Positions 17,734-25,795 of a stretch of 37,039 nucleotides of DNA are shown piece by piece (within the stretch, counting starts at the first letter, position 1; each line of letters begins with the position of its first letter). The position numbers and the translations under genes are program-made. The stretch lies in NCBI GenBank assembly GCA_018699755.1, contig JABIRQ010000113.1:1-37039 (forward strand), written 5' to 3'. This DNA is from Rhodospirillaceae bacterium (GTDB taxonomy: Bacteria; Pseudomonadota; Alphaproteobacteria; CADEGL01). The notes under the pieces were generated by a model, which worked only from the letters and a program-made list of their open reading frames with translations, did not search any database and was not told the DNA's origin.

Positions 17734-18555
17734 CTAGTCGACGAGGGCGATGGCCGAAAGGCCGCTGCCGAAACGGCGGTCGCCTTCCAGGCAGGCCCGG
17801 CGATAGCTGAAAAAACTCTCCGCCTCGGCGCAGGTGTCGCGGGCGACCGCCGCGACGGCGGCGAGCCCGGCCCGTTCCAGCCGCGCCGCGAGATAGCCGG
17901 GTAAGTCGAACAGGAAATGCCCCGCGCGCGCCGCCGGACGGAAGAAGCGCAGATTGGCCTGGTCCTGGTCTCGGAAGAGTTGGGGGAATTCGGGTCCGAC
18001 CTCGTAGGACTCCTGCTGGATGCAAGGTCCGATCGCCGCGACGGTGCGGCCGGCCTCCGCGCCCAGCCCGGCCATCGCATCGAGGGTCGCCTCGGCCACG
18101 CCGTCGAGCGCGCCGCGCCAGCCGGCATGGGCGGCGCCCACCACTCCGGCCTCGGCATCGGCGAACAACAAGGGCGCGCAATCGGCCGTCAGCACGCCCA
18201 GCACGACCCCCGGGCGGTCCGTCACCAGGGCGTCGGCCTCCGGGCCTTCTCCGACCGCCCAAGGAGCGTCGACCCGGGCGACCGTCCGGCCATGGACCTG
18301 GCGCAGGGTGCACAGGGCCTCGCCCGCCAGGCCGAAGGCGGCGGCGGCACGGCGCCGGTTTTCCAGCACATTGGCGCGCGGCTCGCCGTCGCGAAACCCG
18401 CAGTTGAGGCTGTCGAACGGGGCGGGGCTGACTCCGCCCTTGCGGGTGAAGAAGGCATGGCGCAGGCCGGCGGCCGAGGCCAGGACCGGCTCGCTCACAT
18501 GGTCCGGCGCAGGGTCCGAAACGCCGTCCGACAAGCTGTCCGCTCTAGTGCTCAC
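17734..18555 (-). CDS. pgeF: Peptidoglycan editing factor PgeF (YfiH/DUF152 laccase-domain protein)
   Basis: LRHAFFTRKGGVS...SLNCG...LRQVHG...ADALVT...LTADCAPLLF...GAAHAGWRG. Confidence 0.9.
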   Translation of the reverse strand: MSTRADSLSDGVSDPAPDHVSEPVLASAAGLRHAFFTRKGGVSPAPFDSLNCGFRDGEPRANVLENRRRAAAAFGLAGEALCTLRQVHGRTVARVDAPWAVGEGPEADALVTDRPGVVLGVLTADCAPLLFADAEAGVVGAAHAGWRGALDGVAEATLDAMAGLGAEAGRTVAAIGPCIQQESYEVGPEFPQLFRDQDQANLRFFRPAARAGHFLFDLPGYLAARLERAGLAAVAAVARDTCAEAESFFSYRRACLEGDRRFGSGLSAIALVD

Positions 18556-18570
18556 GCCGCGCCATCGCCC

Positions 18571-19731
18571 TCAACCGTTCGCCACCAGATCCATCGGCAT
18601 CTTGGAGAGGCATTCGCCGCCCCTCTCCGTCACGATGTAGGTCTGGCCGGGGCATTGGGCATGGGTGCCGTCCTTCGTGCGCACGACGGTATGGATGAAC
18701 AGCACCATACCCGGCCGGACCTCCTGATCGTTGCCGGGCCAGAACATGGGCCAGTCCATCCAGGTCGGCGGGAAGGTCGCGCCCAGGCTGTAGCCGGTTG
18801 CGCCCATCGGCTCGTAGCCCCCGCGCCGGACCACCTCGGCATGGGCGTCGTAGACCTCACCGAAGCTGTTGCCGGGCTTGAGCTGGGCGGCCGAGGCCCG
18901 ATGCGCGTCGACGGCCACTTTGTGGATGTCCTTCTGTTTGGCCGTCGGCTTGCCGGTCAGGATCGTGCGCATCATCGCCGCGTGGTAGTAGCGGTAGGCG
19001 CCGGCCCATTCGATCGTCATCTGGTCTTTCTTGGCGAGGCGGCGGCGGCCGGTGACGTAGCGCCCGACGACCGCGCGCTCGCCCGAATTGATGATGAACT
19101 CGTTGCCGGAATAGTCGCCGTCGCCCTTGAAGACGGCGCCCTGCATCGCGGCCAGGATATCGCCCTCCCAGGCGCCCGGGATGGACAGGCGGTTGGCCTC
19201 GGCCAGGGCGGCGTCGGCCAGGGCGCCTGCCCTGCGGCAATAGTCCAGTTCCGCCGGGCTCTTGATCACGCGCAGGCGGGTGACGAGGTCGGACGCGTCC
19301 TCGAGATTGCAGAAGCCGGTCATCGCGGCCTGGACCTGCCCGTGCAGCAGGCCGGTCAGGCCGTAGGCGTCGAGTTCGATCCCCAGGCGCTTGCCGCGGC
19401 AGCCATGCTCCTCCAGCACCGCGCGCAGGTCGAGGGCCGGGTTGGCGTCGGGCAGATTGTGCCAGGGCCGGATGTCGTCGAGCACGGAGACGAGCCGGGC
19501 GATCAGCACGTCGGGCATGCGCGTCAGCAGGGTCATCTTGCCGTCCGCGCCCATGTAGAGGCACTGGAAGAAGCAGTAGCCGAAGCTGGCATAGCCGGAG
19601 AGGTAATACATGCTCTCCTGTCGGAACATCAGCAGGCCGTCGAGTTTGCGTTCGGCCAGAGCCTTGCGGGCGCGCTTCTGACGCTCCGCATACTCCTTTT
19701 TGGTGAAGTGCAGATCCATTTCCATCCCCAT
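18571..19731 (-). CDS. M24 family metallopeptidase (Xaa-Pro peptidase / creatinase-like)
   Basis: MGMEMDLHFTKKEYAERQKRARKALAERKLDGLLMF...VIKSPAELDYCRRAG... Starts are possible at 19731, 19725 or 19719. The 734-aa ORF in the track is a 5' extension through non-coding and antisense DNA. Confidence 0.85.
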   Translation of the reverse strand: MGMEMDLHFTKKEYAERQKRARKALAERKLDGLLMFRQESMYYLSGYASFGYCFFQCLYMGADGKMTLLTRMPDVLIARLVSVLDDIRPWHNLPDANPALDLRAVLEEHGCRGKRLGIELDAYGLTGLLHGQVQAAMTGFCNLEDASDLVTRLRVIKSPAELDYCRRAGALADAALAEANRLSIPGAWEGDILAAMQGAVFKGDGDYSGNEFIINSGERAVVGRYVTGRRRLAKKDQMTIEWAGAYRYYHAAMMRTILTGKPTAKQKDIHKVAVDAHRASAAQLKPGNSFGEVYDAHAEVVRRGGYEPMGATGYSLGATFPPTWMDWPMFWPGNDQEVRPGMVLFIHTVVRTKDGTHAQCPGQTYIVTERGGECLSKMPMDLVANG

Positions 19732-19889
19732 TCCAAGGGCCGGCGGAGGCCGAATGGAGCGGCGCGTCCGGCGCGCGCGAAGACTACCGCCCGAAGCCCG
19801 GCCCCGGCAACGGGCGATGTCCCTGCGGGCGGGCCGGTTTTGATATTTTCTTGCGGGGTGAGGTGGGGTTTGCACCCCGCTGGCTTGCT

Positions 19890-20966
19890 CTATCCGAATC
19901 CCGCCGGCACGGGGCCATCGGGGGCGGCGAGGGCCATCGCCTTGAACAGGCGGCCCATGCGGGCCGGGCTGCACAAGCGGTCGAGGGCCGCATCGACCTC
20001 GCCCGCGCGCTTCGGCCCGCTTGCGCGGCTCAAGGCCTCGGCCCGGGCGCCGATGCCCAGGGCGGCGAGGAACTCGGCCTGGGCGACCGGGCCGTGGACA
20101 GCCGCGCCGGCCGCGCGCGCGGTGCGGGCGAAAGCGGCGAAATCGACATGGGCGGTCAGGTCGGCCTCGCCCGGATCGGTCAACGGGTCCGCGTAAACGT
20201 GGCTCCGCACCGCTTGCAAGGTTTCGCCGGGCGCGCTTTCCAGATGGCCGTAATCGATGAAGAGGGCGGCCCCGCCGTGGCGCAGCAGGCGCGCGGTGAC
20301 GGCGGCGGCGACCTCGTCGGCGGCGGGGCGCAGCTCGACCAGACCGCCGATCGGGGCGTCGGCGGCGAAAGCGGGCGCCTCGACCGGGGCCGCGCCGGGA
20401 ACGAAGGCCAGGCCGCCATCCGCCACCGCCACCATGCGTTCGCGCCAGCCTGCCGCGGTGCGCAGGATCTGGCGGACGGGCAGAGCGTCCAGCAACTCGT
20501 TGGCGATCAGCAGGAGCGGACCGCCCGGCACCGTCCCGATATCGTCGTGCCAGACCGGGGCGGCCCCGGTTTCGAGACCGGCCAGGGCCTCGGCCTGGCG
20601 CGCGCGCAGGACTGGGCTGGTCTCGACCAGATGCAACCGAATCGCGTCGCGAAAGCCGGGCAGGGCGGCGGCGGCGCGCAAGGCGTCGGCCATCAGGGTG
20701 CCCCGGCCCGGCCCCATCTCGACCAGCAGCACCGGATCGGGCCGTGCCATGCGGTCCCACAGATCGGCGCACCATAGGCCGATCAATTCACCGAACATCT
20801 GGCTGATTTCGGGCGCGGTGACGAAATCGCCGGCCGCGCCCAGGGGGTCGCGGGTGATGTAGTAGCCGTGGTCGGGATGGCCCAGGCATTCGGCCATATA
20901 GCGGAGGACCGGGATCGGCCCCTCGGCCGCGATGACGGCGCGCAGGTGCCGTTCGAGCGGGGTCAC
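19890..20966 (-). CDS. Class I SAM-dependent methyltransferase, NDUFAF7/MidA (DUF185) family
   Basis: RYMAECLGHPDHGYYITRDPLGAAGDFVTAPEISQMFGELIG...LVEMGPGRGTLMAD...IANELLDALP. The GTG start overlaps the lgt stop (GTGA). Confidence 0.87.
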   Translation of the reverse strand: MTPLERHLRAVIAAEGPIPVLRYMAECLGHPDHGYYITRDPLGAAGDFVTAPEISQMFGELIGLWCADLWDRMARPDPVLLVEMGPGRGTLMADALRAAAALPGFRDAIRLHLVETSPVLRARQAEALAGLETGAAPVWHDDIGTVPGGPLLLIANELLDALPVRQILRTAAGWRERMVAVADGGLAFVPGAAPVEAPAFAADAPIGGLVELRPAADEVAAAVTARLLRHGGAALFIDYGHLESAPGETLQAVRSHVYADPLTDPGEADLTAHVDFAAFARTARAAGAAVHGPVAQAEFLAALGIGARAEALSRASGPKRAGEVDAALDRLCSPARMGRLFKAMALAAPDGPVPAGFG

Positions 20967-21763
20967 GCCCGCTTGCGCGCCCAGATGAAGATGGCGAGGC
21001 CGATCAGCACCATGGGCACGGAGAGGATCTGGCCCATCGTCACCGGCCCGATCAGGAAGCCGAGATGGGCGTCCGGCTCGCGAAAGAATTCGGCGGTCGT
21101 GCGCGCCAGGCCGTAGCCCATGACGAAACAGCCCATCAGGGCGCCAGGGGTGTCCTTGAGGCGGGTCAGGCTGAACAGCAGGTGCATGATCAGGAACAGG
21201 ACGAGTCCCTCCAGCGCGGCTTCGTAGAGCTGGCTGGGATGGCGCGGCGCTTGGAGCGGATCGGTCGGGAAGACCATTGCCCAGGGGACCTCGGTCGCCC
21301 GGCCGTAGAGTTCGCCGTTCACGAAATTCGCGAGGCGGCCGAAGAACAGGCCGATCGGCGCGGCCACGCCCAGCAGGTCGCCCAGGCGCAGATAGGCGAT
21401 GTCGTTCTTGCGGCAGAACAGGATGGCGGCGATCACGACCCCCAGGAAGCCGCCATGGAAGGACATGCCGCCCTGCCAGACCGCCAGCGCCTCGGCGGGG
21501 TTCTCGAGGTAGTAGCCGGGCCGATAGAACAGGACATAGCCCAGCCGCCCGCCCAGCACGACGGCGATGGTCGCCCAGGCCAGGAAATCGTCGATCTTGA
21601 CCGGGTTCGGCCCGCCCGGTTGGCGCACCGTGGCCCAGCGCATATAGCGCCAAGCCAGGATCAGCCCGGCGATATAGGACAGGGCGTACCAGCGGATCGC
21701 CAGGGGCCCGATCTCGATCAGCACCGGATCGATAGCCGGGTAGGGCAGGGTCAGCAGGCTCAC
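20963..21763 (-). CDS. lgt: Prolipoprotein diacylglyceryl transferase
   Basis: IGPLAIRWYALSYIAGL...GGRLGYVLFY...GGMSFHGGFLG...GRLANFVNGELYGR. Confidence 0.95.
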   Translation of the reverse strand: MSLLTLPYPAIDPVLIEIGPLAIRWYALSYIAGLILAWRYMRWATVRQPGGPNPVKIDDFLAWATIAVVLGGRLGYVLFYRPGYYLENPAEALAVWQGGMSFHGGFLGVVIAAILFCRKNDIAYLRLGDLLGVAAPIGLFFGRLANFVNGELYGRATEVPWAMVFPTDPLQAPRHPSQLYEAALEGLVLFLIMHLLFSLTRLKDTPGALMGCFVMGYGLARTTAEFFREPDAHLGFLIGPVTMGQILSVPMVLIGLAIFIWARKRA

Positions 21764-21778
21764 GGCGTGGGGTCCGGC

Positions 21779-22765
21779 CTAGAAATAGGGGTCCTCGGCG
21801 GAGAGATAGCCGCCGATATAGGCGGCCACCCCGTCTTCCAAGGTGGTGAAGGGGGCGTCGTAGCCGGCGTCGCGCAGGCGGTCCATGCGCGCTTCGGTGA
21901 AATACTGGTATTTGGCGCGGATCGCCTCGGGCGTGTCGATATAGCGGATCTTCGGCTCCCGCCCCAGGGCGGCGAAGACCGCGCGGGCCAGGTCGCCGAA
22001 GCTGCGCGCCTTGCCCGTGCCCAGGTTGAACAGGCCCGAGACCTCCGGATGGTCGAGCAGCCAGAGCACGACCGCCGCGCAATCCCCGACCCAGACGAAA
22101 TCGCGCATCTGCCCGCCGTCCGGATAGTCCGGGTTGTGCGAGCGGAAGAGTGTCGCCGGTTCGCCCGCCGCGATCTGTTCGTGGAGCTGCTCGACGACGC
22201 TGCGCATGCCGTCCTTGTGATACTCGTTCGGCCCGTAGACGTTGAAGAATTTGAGGCTGGCCCATTGCGGCGGCACCCGGCCGCCCTCAGCGACCACACG
22301 GGCGATGCGCCGGTCGACGACATGCTTGCTCCAGCCATAGGCGTTGAGGGGGCGGAGGGCCGCCAGGCCTTCGGGCGAGCCGTCGTCGTCGAAGCCGGCC
22401 GCGCCGTCGCCGTAGGTCGCCGCCGAGGAGGCATGGATCAACGGCACGCCATGCGCCGCGCACCAGTCCCACAGGTCCAGGGTGAAGCGCACGTTCTCGC
22501 GCACCAGCAGGTCGGCGTTGGTCTCGGTCGTCGCCGAGATTGCGCCCATATGGAGGATTGCCGAGACTCGGTAGCCATGGGCTTTGAGGAAGTCGAACAG
22601 GGCCTCAGGGGCGACGATATCCGCCAGCTCTCGCTTGGCGATATTGCGCCATTTCCCGTCCGTGCCCAGGCGGTCGCAAACGACGATTTCCCCATCGCCG
22701 CGCGCCTCGAGGGCCGCGACAAGGTTGGAGCCGATGAATCCGGCGCCGCCGGTGACGATGATCAT
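21779..22765 (-). CDS. hldD: ADP-L-glycero-D-manno-heptose 6-epimerase
   Basis: MIIVTGGAGFIGSNLV...ASSAATYG...YGWSK...FFNVYGPNEYHK...FNLGTG is collinear with E. coli HldD as I recall it. ATG 22765 is preferred over 22837. Confidence 0.92.
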   Translation of the reverse strand: MIIVTGGAGFIGSNLVAALEARGDGEIVVCDRLGTDGKWRNIAKRELADIVAPEALFDFLKAHGYRVSAILHMGAISATTETNADLLVRENVRFTLDLWDWCAAHGVPLIHASSAATYGDGAAGFDDDGSPEGLAALRPLNAYGWSKHVVDRRIARVVAEGGRVPPQWASLKFFNVYGPNEYHKDGMRSVVEQLHEQIAAGEPATLFRSHNPDYPDGGQMRDFVWVGDCAAVVLWLLDHPEVSGLFNLGTGKARSFGDLARAVFAALGREPKIRYIDTPEAIRAKYQYFTEARMDRLRDAGYDAPFTTLEDGVAAYIGGYLSAEDPYF

Positions 22766-22913
22766 GCCGCCTTCGTAAAACTCCACGGGGGTCGCCAAAG
22801 ACCGTCCGTTATAGGCGCGGGGCCGCCGCGGCGGCAAGCCGGCGCGGTTGCGGGCGGCCCCCGCGCGGCTTCATACTTCACCCGACCCATTCCTCCGGCG
22901 GAAGCGAGAGACG

Positions 22914-23195
22914 ATGCAGACGCGCAACCCCATCCTCGACGATCTGGCCCGCGTGGCGAGCGGCGGCCTCGGCGTGCTCGCCGGCCTGCGCGACGAGATC
23001 GACGGCCTGATCCGCCAGCAGCTTCAGCGCCGCATGGACGGCATGGAACTGGTGAACCGCGAGGAATTCGAGGCGGTCAAGGCCATGGCGTCCAAAGCGC
23101 GGGAAGAGCAGGAGCGCCTGACCGCCCGCATCGAAGCTTTGGAAGCGGCGCTGGCCGAAGCCAAACCCGCCAAGCCGCGCGCCAAAACGAAATAG
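22914..23195 (+). CDS. ubiK: UbiK/YqiC (BMFP) family accessory protein
   Basis: MQTRNPILDDLARVASGG...LVNREEFEAVKAMASKAREEQERL forms a coiled coil. ATG 22914 follows GGAAGCGAGAG. Confidence 0.8.
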   Translation: MQTRNPILDDLARVASGGLGVLAGLRDEIDGLIRQQLQRRMDGMELVNREEFEAVKAMASKAREEQERLTARIEALEAALAEAKPAKPRAKTK

Positions 23196-23464
23196 GCCGG
23201 CGGGCGGGGTCGGCTTCGGGGCCGCGCCATCCGCCGTCGACCCGGTTTCTATCCACAGCCCGTTCCGAAAAATTCCGCATTCGGCCCGTTTCGGGGGTTG
23301 ATGGGCGATTCGATCCCGACTAGCCTACATCTAGTGGTCATATTGGGGGTCGCGACACAGGATATGCCGATTCGACCGGCCATCTCGTCTTCCCGCGGCG
23401 CCTCCGCCCCACCCGCCTTCCTTCGTCCAGAGACGCGCCCCTTCGGCGCGTAAGGAGCACCGTC

Positions 23465-23968
23465 ATGGCCGGCCTGTCCCTCGAAGACGACCTGCACGCC
23501 CACAACCCCGTCGATCTGTTGGAAGAGATCGTCAGCGCCAACGAGTGGAGTTTCGAACGGATGGGCGAGCATGAGATCGCCGTCTCCTTCGCCGGGCGCT
23601 GGTGCGACTACCAGATGCATTTCGCCTATGCCGAGGAGGTCAGCGCGCTGCAATACACCTGCGCCCTGGACATGCGCGTGCCCAAGGGCAAGAACGCGCC
23701 CCTGGCGGAACTGCTGGCCCTGATCAACGGCAAGATGTGGATCGGCCATTTCGACGTGCTGTGCGACGACGGCATGCCCTGCTTCCGCCAGACCGTGCTG
23801 CTGCGCGGCGCTTCGGGCATGGCGGTCGAACAGGTCGAGGACCTGCTGGATATCGGCGTCAGCGAATGCGAACGCTTCTATCCCGCCTTCCAGTTCGTCA
23901 TCTGGGGCGGGCGCAGCCCGGAGGAAGCGGTCGAGGCCGCCCTGCTGGAGACCGTCGGCGAGGCCTAG
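23465..23968 (+). CDS. YbjN domain-containing protein
   Basis: NPVDLLEEIVSANEWSFERMGEHEIAVSFAGRWCDYQMHF... Its position directly upstream of proC is common in alphaproteobacteria. The SD is AAGGAG. Confidence 0.75.
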   Translation: MAGLSLEDDLHAHNPVDLLEEIVSANEWSFERMGEHEIAVSFAGRWCDYQMHFAYAEEVSALQYTCALDMRVPKGKNAPLAELLALINGKMWIGHFDVLCDDGMPCFRQTVLLRGASGMAVEQVEDLLDIGVSECERFYPAFQFVIWGGRSPEEAVEAALLETVGEA

Positions 23969-23992
23969 GCGCCGGTCTTCGCCAGCGGCGCT

Positions 23993-24104
23993 CGCCCTTC
24001 GAGACGCTCCTGCGGGGCTCTTCAGGGTGAGGACCTAAGGATGGGGTCGGTCCAAGCTCTATCCTCATCCTGAGGAGCGCGCGCAGCGCGCGTCTCGAAG
24101 GATG
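23993..24104. repeat. REP-like element: forward core, ~30-bp spacer, inverted core
   Basis: The forward core is CGCCCTTCGAGACGCTCCTGCGGGGCTCTTCAGGGTGAGG (23993-24032). The inverted core is CCTCATCCTGAGGAGCGCGCGCAGCGCGCGTCTCGAAGGATG (24063-24104). Confidence 0.88.
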
Positions 24105-24211
24105 ATTGGCACGACATCCCTGCCCTCCGCACGCATCGAATCGCCACCGGCGTGGCAAATCCATTAGGATGCTGCCGAACCGAATCCCACGAACGCGGGA
24201 GAGTGCGAATC

Positions 24212-25027
24212 ATGGACGGAACCCTGCTTTTGATCGGCGGCGGCAAGATGGGCGGCGCGATGCTGGAGGGCTGGATCGCCCGTGGCCTGCGCCCGGACCA
24301 GGCCATCGTCGTCGAGCCCGACGCCGCCCGTGGCAAGGCCCTGGCCGGGCAGACCGGCGCCAAAACCGCAACCGGCGCCGAGGATCTGCCGGGCGATCTC
24401 TCGCCCGAGGTCGTCGTCGTCGCCGTCAAGCCACAGATGATGGGCGATGTGGTGCCCCATTACCGCCGTTTCGTGCGGCCGGGCTGCGTCTTCCTGTCGA
24501 TCGCGGCGGGCACGACCATCGGCTATTTCGAGACGGTCCTGGGGGCCGAGGCGCGCATCGTTCGCGCCATGCCCAACACCCCGGCGGCGGTCGGCCGGGG
24601 CATGACCGTGGGCTGCCCCAACCGCCATGTCGACGAGACCCAGCGCAAGGCCTGCGACGAATTGCTCCAGGCCATCGGCAAGACCGCCTGGGTCGAGGAC
24701 GAGGCCCTGATGGACGCGGTGACCGGCGTCTCCGGCAGCGGTCCGGCCTATATCTTCCTGCTCGCGGAAAGCCTGGCCAAGGCGGGCGAGGCGGCGGGCC
24801 TGCCGGCGGAACTCGCCAAGACCTTGGCGCGCCAGACCGTGGCCGGGGCGGGCGAACTGCTCTACCAGTCGCCGGAAGAGGCCGCGACCCTGCGCCAGAA
24901 TGTGACCAGCCCGGGCGGCACGACCGCCGAGGCGCTGAAGGTGCTGATGGGCCCTTGGGGCTGGCAGGGGGTGATCGACCGCGCAGTCGCGGCGGCGACC
25001 GAGCGGTCGAAGGAATTGTCCAGCTAG
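24212..25027 (+). CDS. proC: Pyrroline-5-carboxylate reductase
   Basis: LLLIGGGKMGGAML...AVKPQ...MPNTPAAVG...SGSGPAY...VTSPGGTT. ATG 24212 follows GGGAGAG. Confidence 0.93.
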   Translation: MDGTLLLIGGGKMGGAMLEGWIARGLRPDQAIVVEPDAARGKALAGQTGAKTATGAEDLPGDLSPEVVVVAVKPQMMGDVVPHYRRFVRPGCVFLSIAAGTTIGYFETVLGAEARIVRAMPNTPAAVGRGMTVGCPNRHVDETQRKACDELLQAIGKTAWVEDEALMDAVTGVSGSGPAYIFLLAESLAKAGEAAGLPAELAKTLARQTVAGAGELLYQSPEEAATLRQNVTSPGGTTAEALKVLMGPWGWQGVIDRAVAAATERSKELSS

Positions 25028-25042
25028 GGCGGAAGCCAGGGT

Positions 25043-25522
25043 GTGGCGGAAGAACTGAGCGACGGCGCGCAACGGGTCCAGGCGGCCTTGGCCGGTTTCG
25101 GCCTGGGTTTCGAAGTGGTGGAGTTCGGCCAATCGACCCGGACCTCGGTCGAGGCCGCGGCGGCGATCGGCTGCGCGGTCGCCCAGATCGCCAAATCCAT
25201 CGTCTTCCGCATCAAGAGCCAGGACCGCCCGCTGATGGTGGTCGCCAGCGGAAGCAATCGGATCGACGAGAAGAAGCTCCGCGACCTAATCGGCGAGAAG
25301 CCGGGCAAGGCCGATGCCGATTTCGTGCGCGCCCGCACCGGCTATGTCATCGGCGGGGTGCCGCCGCTCGGCCATCGCGAGACGATCGAGACCCTGGTCG
25401 ACGAGGACCTGTTCCGCTTCGAGGAGATCTGGGCCGCCGCCGGCACGCCCCGCGCCGTCTTCCGCCTGACCCCGGCGCAGCTTTTGCGCATCACCGGCGG
25501 GCGCAAGGTGCCGGTCGCCTGA
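25043..25522 (+). CDS. YbaK/EbsC/ProX-family aminoacyl-tRNA deacylase domain protein
   Basis: TRTSVEAAAAIGCAVAQIAKSIVF...VVASGSNRIDEKKL...GGVPPLGH. The start is GTG. Confidence 0.78.
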   Translation: MAEELSDGAQRVQAALAGFGLGFEVVEFGQSTRTSVEAAAAIGCAVAQIAKSIVFRIKSQDRPLMVVASGSNRIDEKKLRDLIGEKPGKADADFVRARTGYVIGGVPPLGHRETIETLVDEDLFRFEEIWAAAGTPRAVFRLTPAQLLRITGGRKVPVA

Positions 25523-25588
25523 GAGGCTTTTCCCCGGTTGCGCGCCGAATCGGAACGGGCGATAGTTTCGCCTTCGGAATCAACAACG

Positions 25589-25605
25589 GAAAGGAGGTGA
25601 TCCAG
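25589..25605 (+). promoter_or_regulatory. Extended Shine-Dalgarno: 17-nt perfect complement to the 16S rRNA 3' tail
   Basis: GAAAGGAGGTGATCCAG is the reverse complement of CTGGATCACCTCCTTTC, the canonical bacterial 16S 3' end (compare universal primer AAGGAGGTGATCCAGCC). GGAGG lies 7 nt upstream of a GTG. Confidence 0.6.
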
Positions 25606-25679
25606 TGTCTCATTGTCACAAGCGGTCTTCCAACCACAGGGCCTGGATTGTCACCGCCGCGGAGATTCGCTCCGCCTGA
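25605..25679 (+). CDS. Candidate 24-codon sORF (MSHCHKRSSNHRAWIVTAAEIRSA)
   Basis: GTG 25605 is optimally spaced from the extended SD, and the stop is TGA 25677-25679. A strong intrinsic terminator lies 47 nt downstream. I recognise no homology. Confidence 0.35.
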   Translation: MSHCHKRSSNHRAWIVTAAEIRSA

Positions 25680-25725
25680 CGTGATTGTTCCGGTCCCCCG
25701 CGAGGACCGAGGTCTGACAATGGAA

Positions 25726-25772
25726 GGGCCGTCCCCCCGAGCGATACGGGTGGGCGGCCCTTCTTTCTTTTT
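25726..25772 (+). terminator. Rho-independent terminator (plus-strand orientation; could also serve rpoH weakly)
   Basis: GGGCCGTCCCCC...GGGTGGGCGGCCC forms a stem of ~12 bp with one bulge, followed by TTCTTTCTTTTT. Confidence 0.75.
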
Positions 25773-25795
25773 ATGTCGCGTTGCGACGGCTCGCG

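Noticed and set aside
19795-19870. Hairpins with a T-tract (CCGGCCC...GGGCCGG TTTTGATATTTTCTT; GCGGGGTG...CACCCCGC) as a terminator between the MTase and M24 genes
   Set aside because: The T-tract follows the stem only on the + strand, where no gene ends. On the coding (minus) strand the hairpin is followed by an A-rich tract. This is more likely the promoter or leader region of the M24 gene.
18571-20775. The 734-aa, 791-aa (19890-22265), 543-aa (30718-32349), 337-aa (35372-36385) and 446-aa (34087-35427) ORFs taken as single large proteins
   Set aside because: Only the C-terminal parts show family motifs (M24 peptidase, NDUFAF7-like MTase, MarR, MobB, MoeA). The N-terminal parts are Arg/Pro/Gly junk that overlaps upstream genes or intergenic DNA. 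Internal starts with an SD or stop/start coupling give normal-length proteins.
23318-23345. GGGCGATTCGATCCCGAC considered as a tRNA T-arm or tRNA fragment (possible att remnant)
   Set aside because: Only a 3-bp GGG/CCC stem is possible. There is no acceptor, D or anticodon arm nearby, and the loop is of the wrong length.
23196-23464. 6S RNA (ssrS) in the ubiK-ybjN intergenic region
   Set aside because: End-to-end pairing is limited to G-run/C-run complementarity, which is expected in GC-rich DNA. I could not trace the extended closing and terminal stems around a central bubble. The usual genomic context (zapA/ygfA) is absent.
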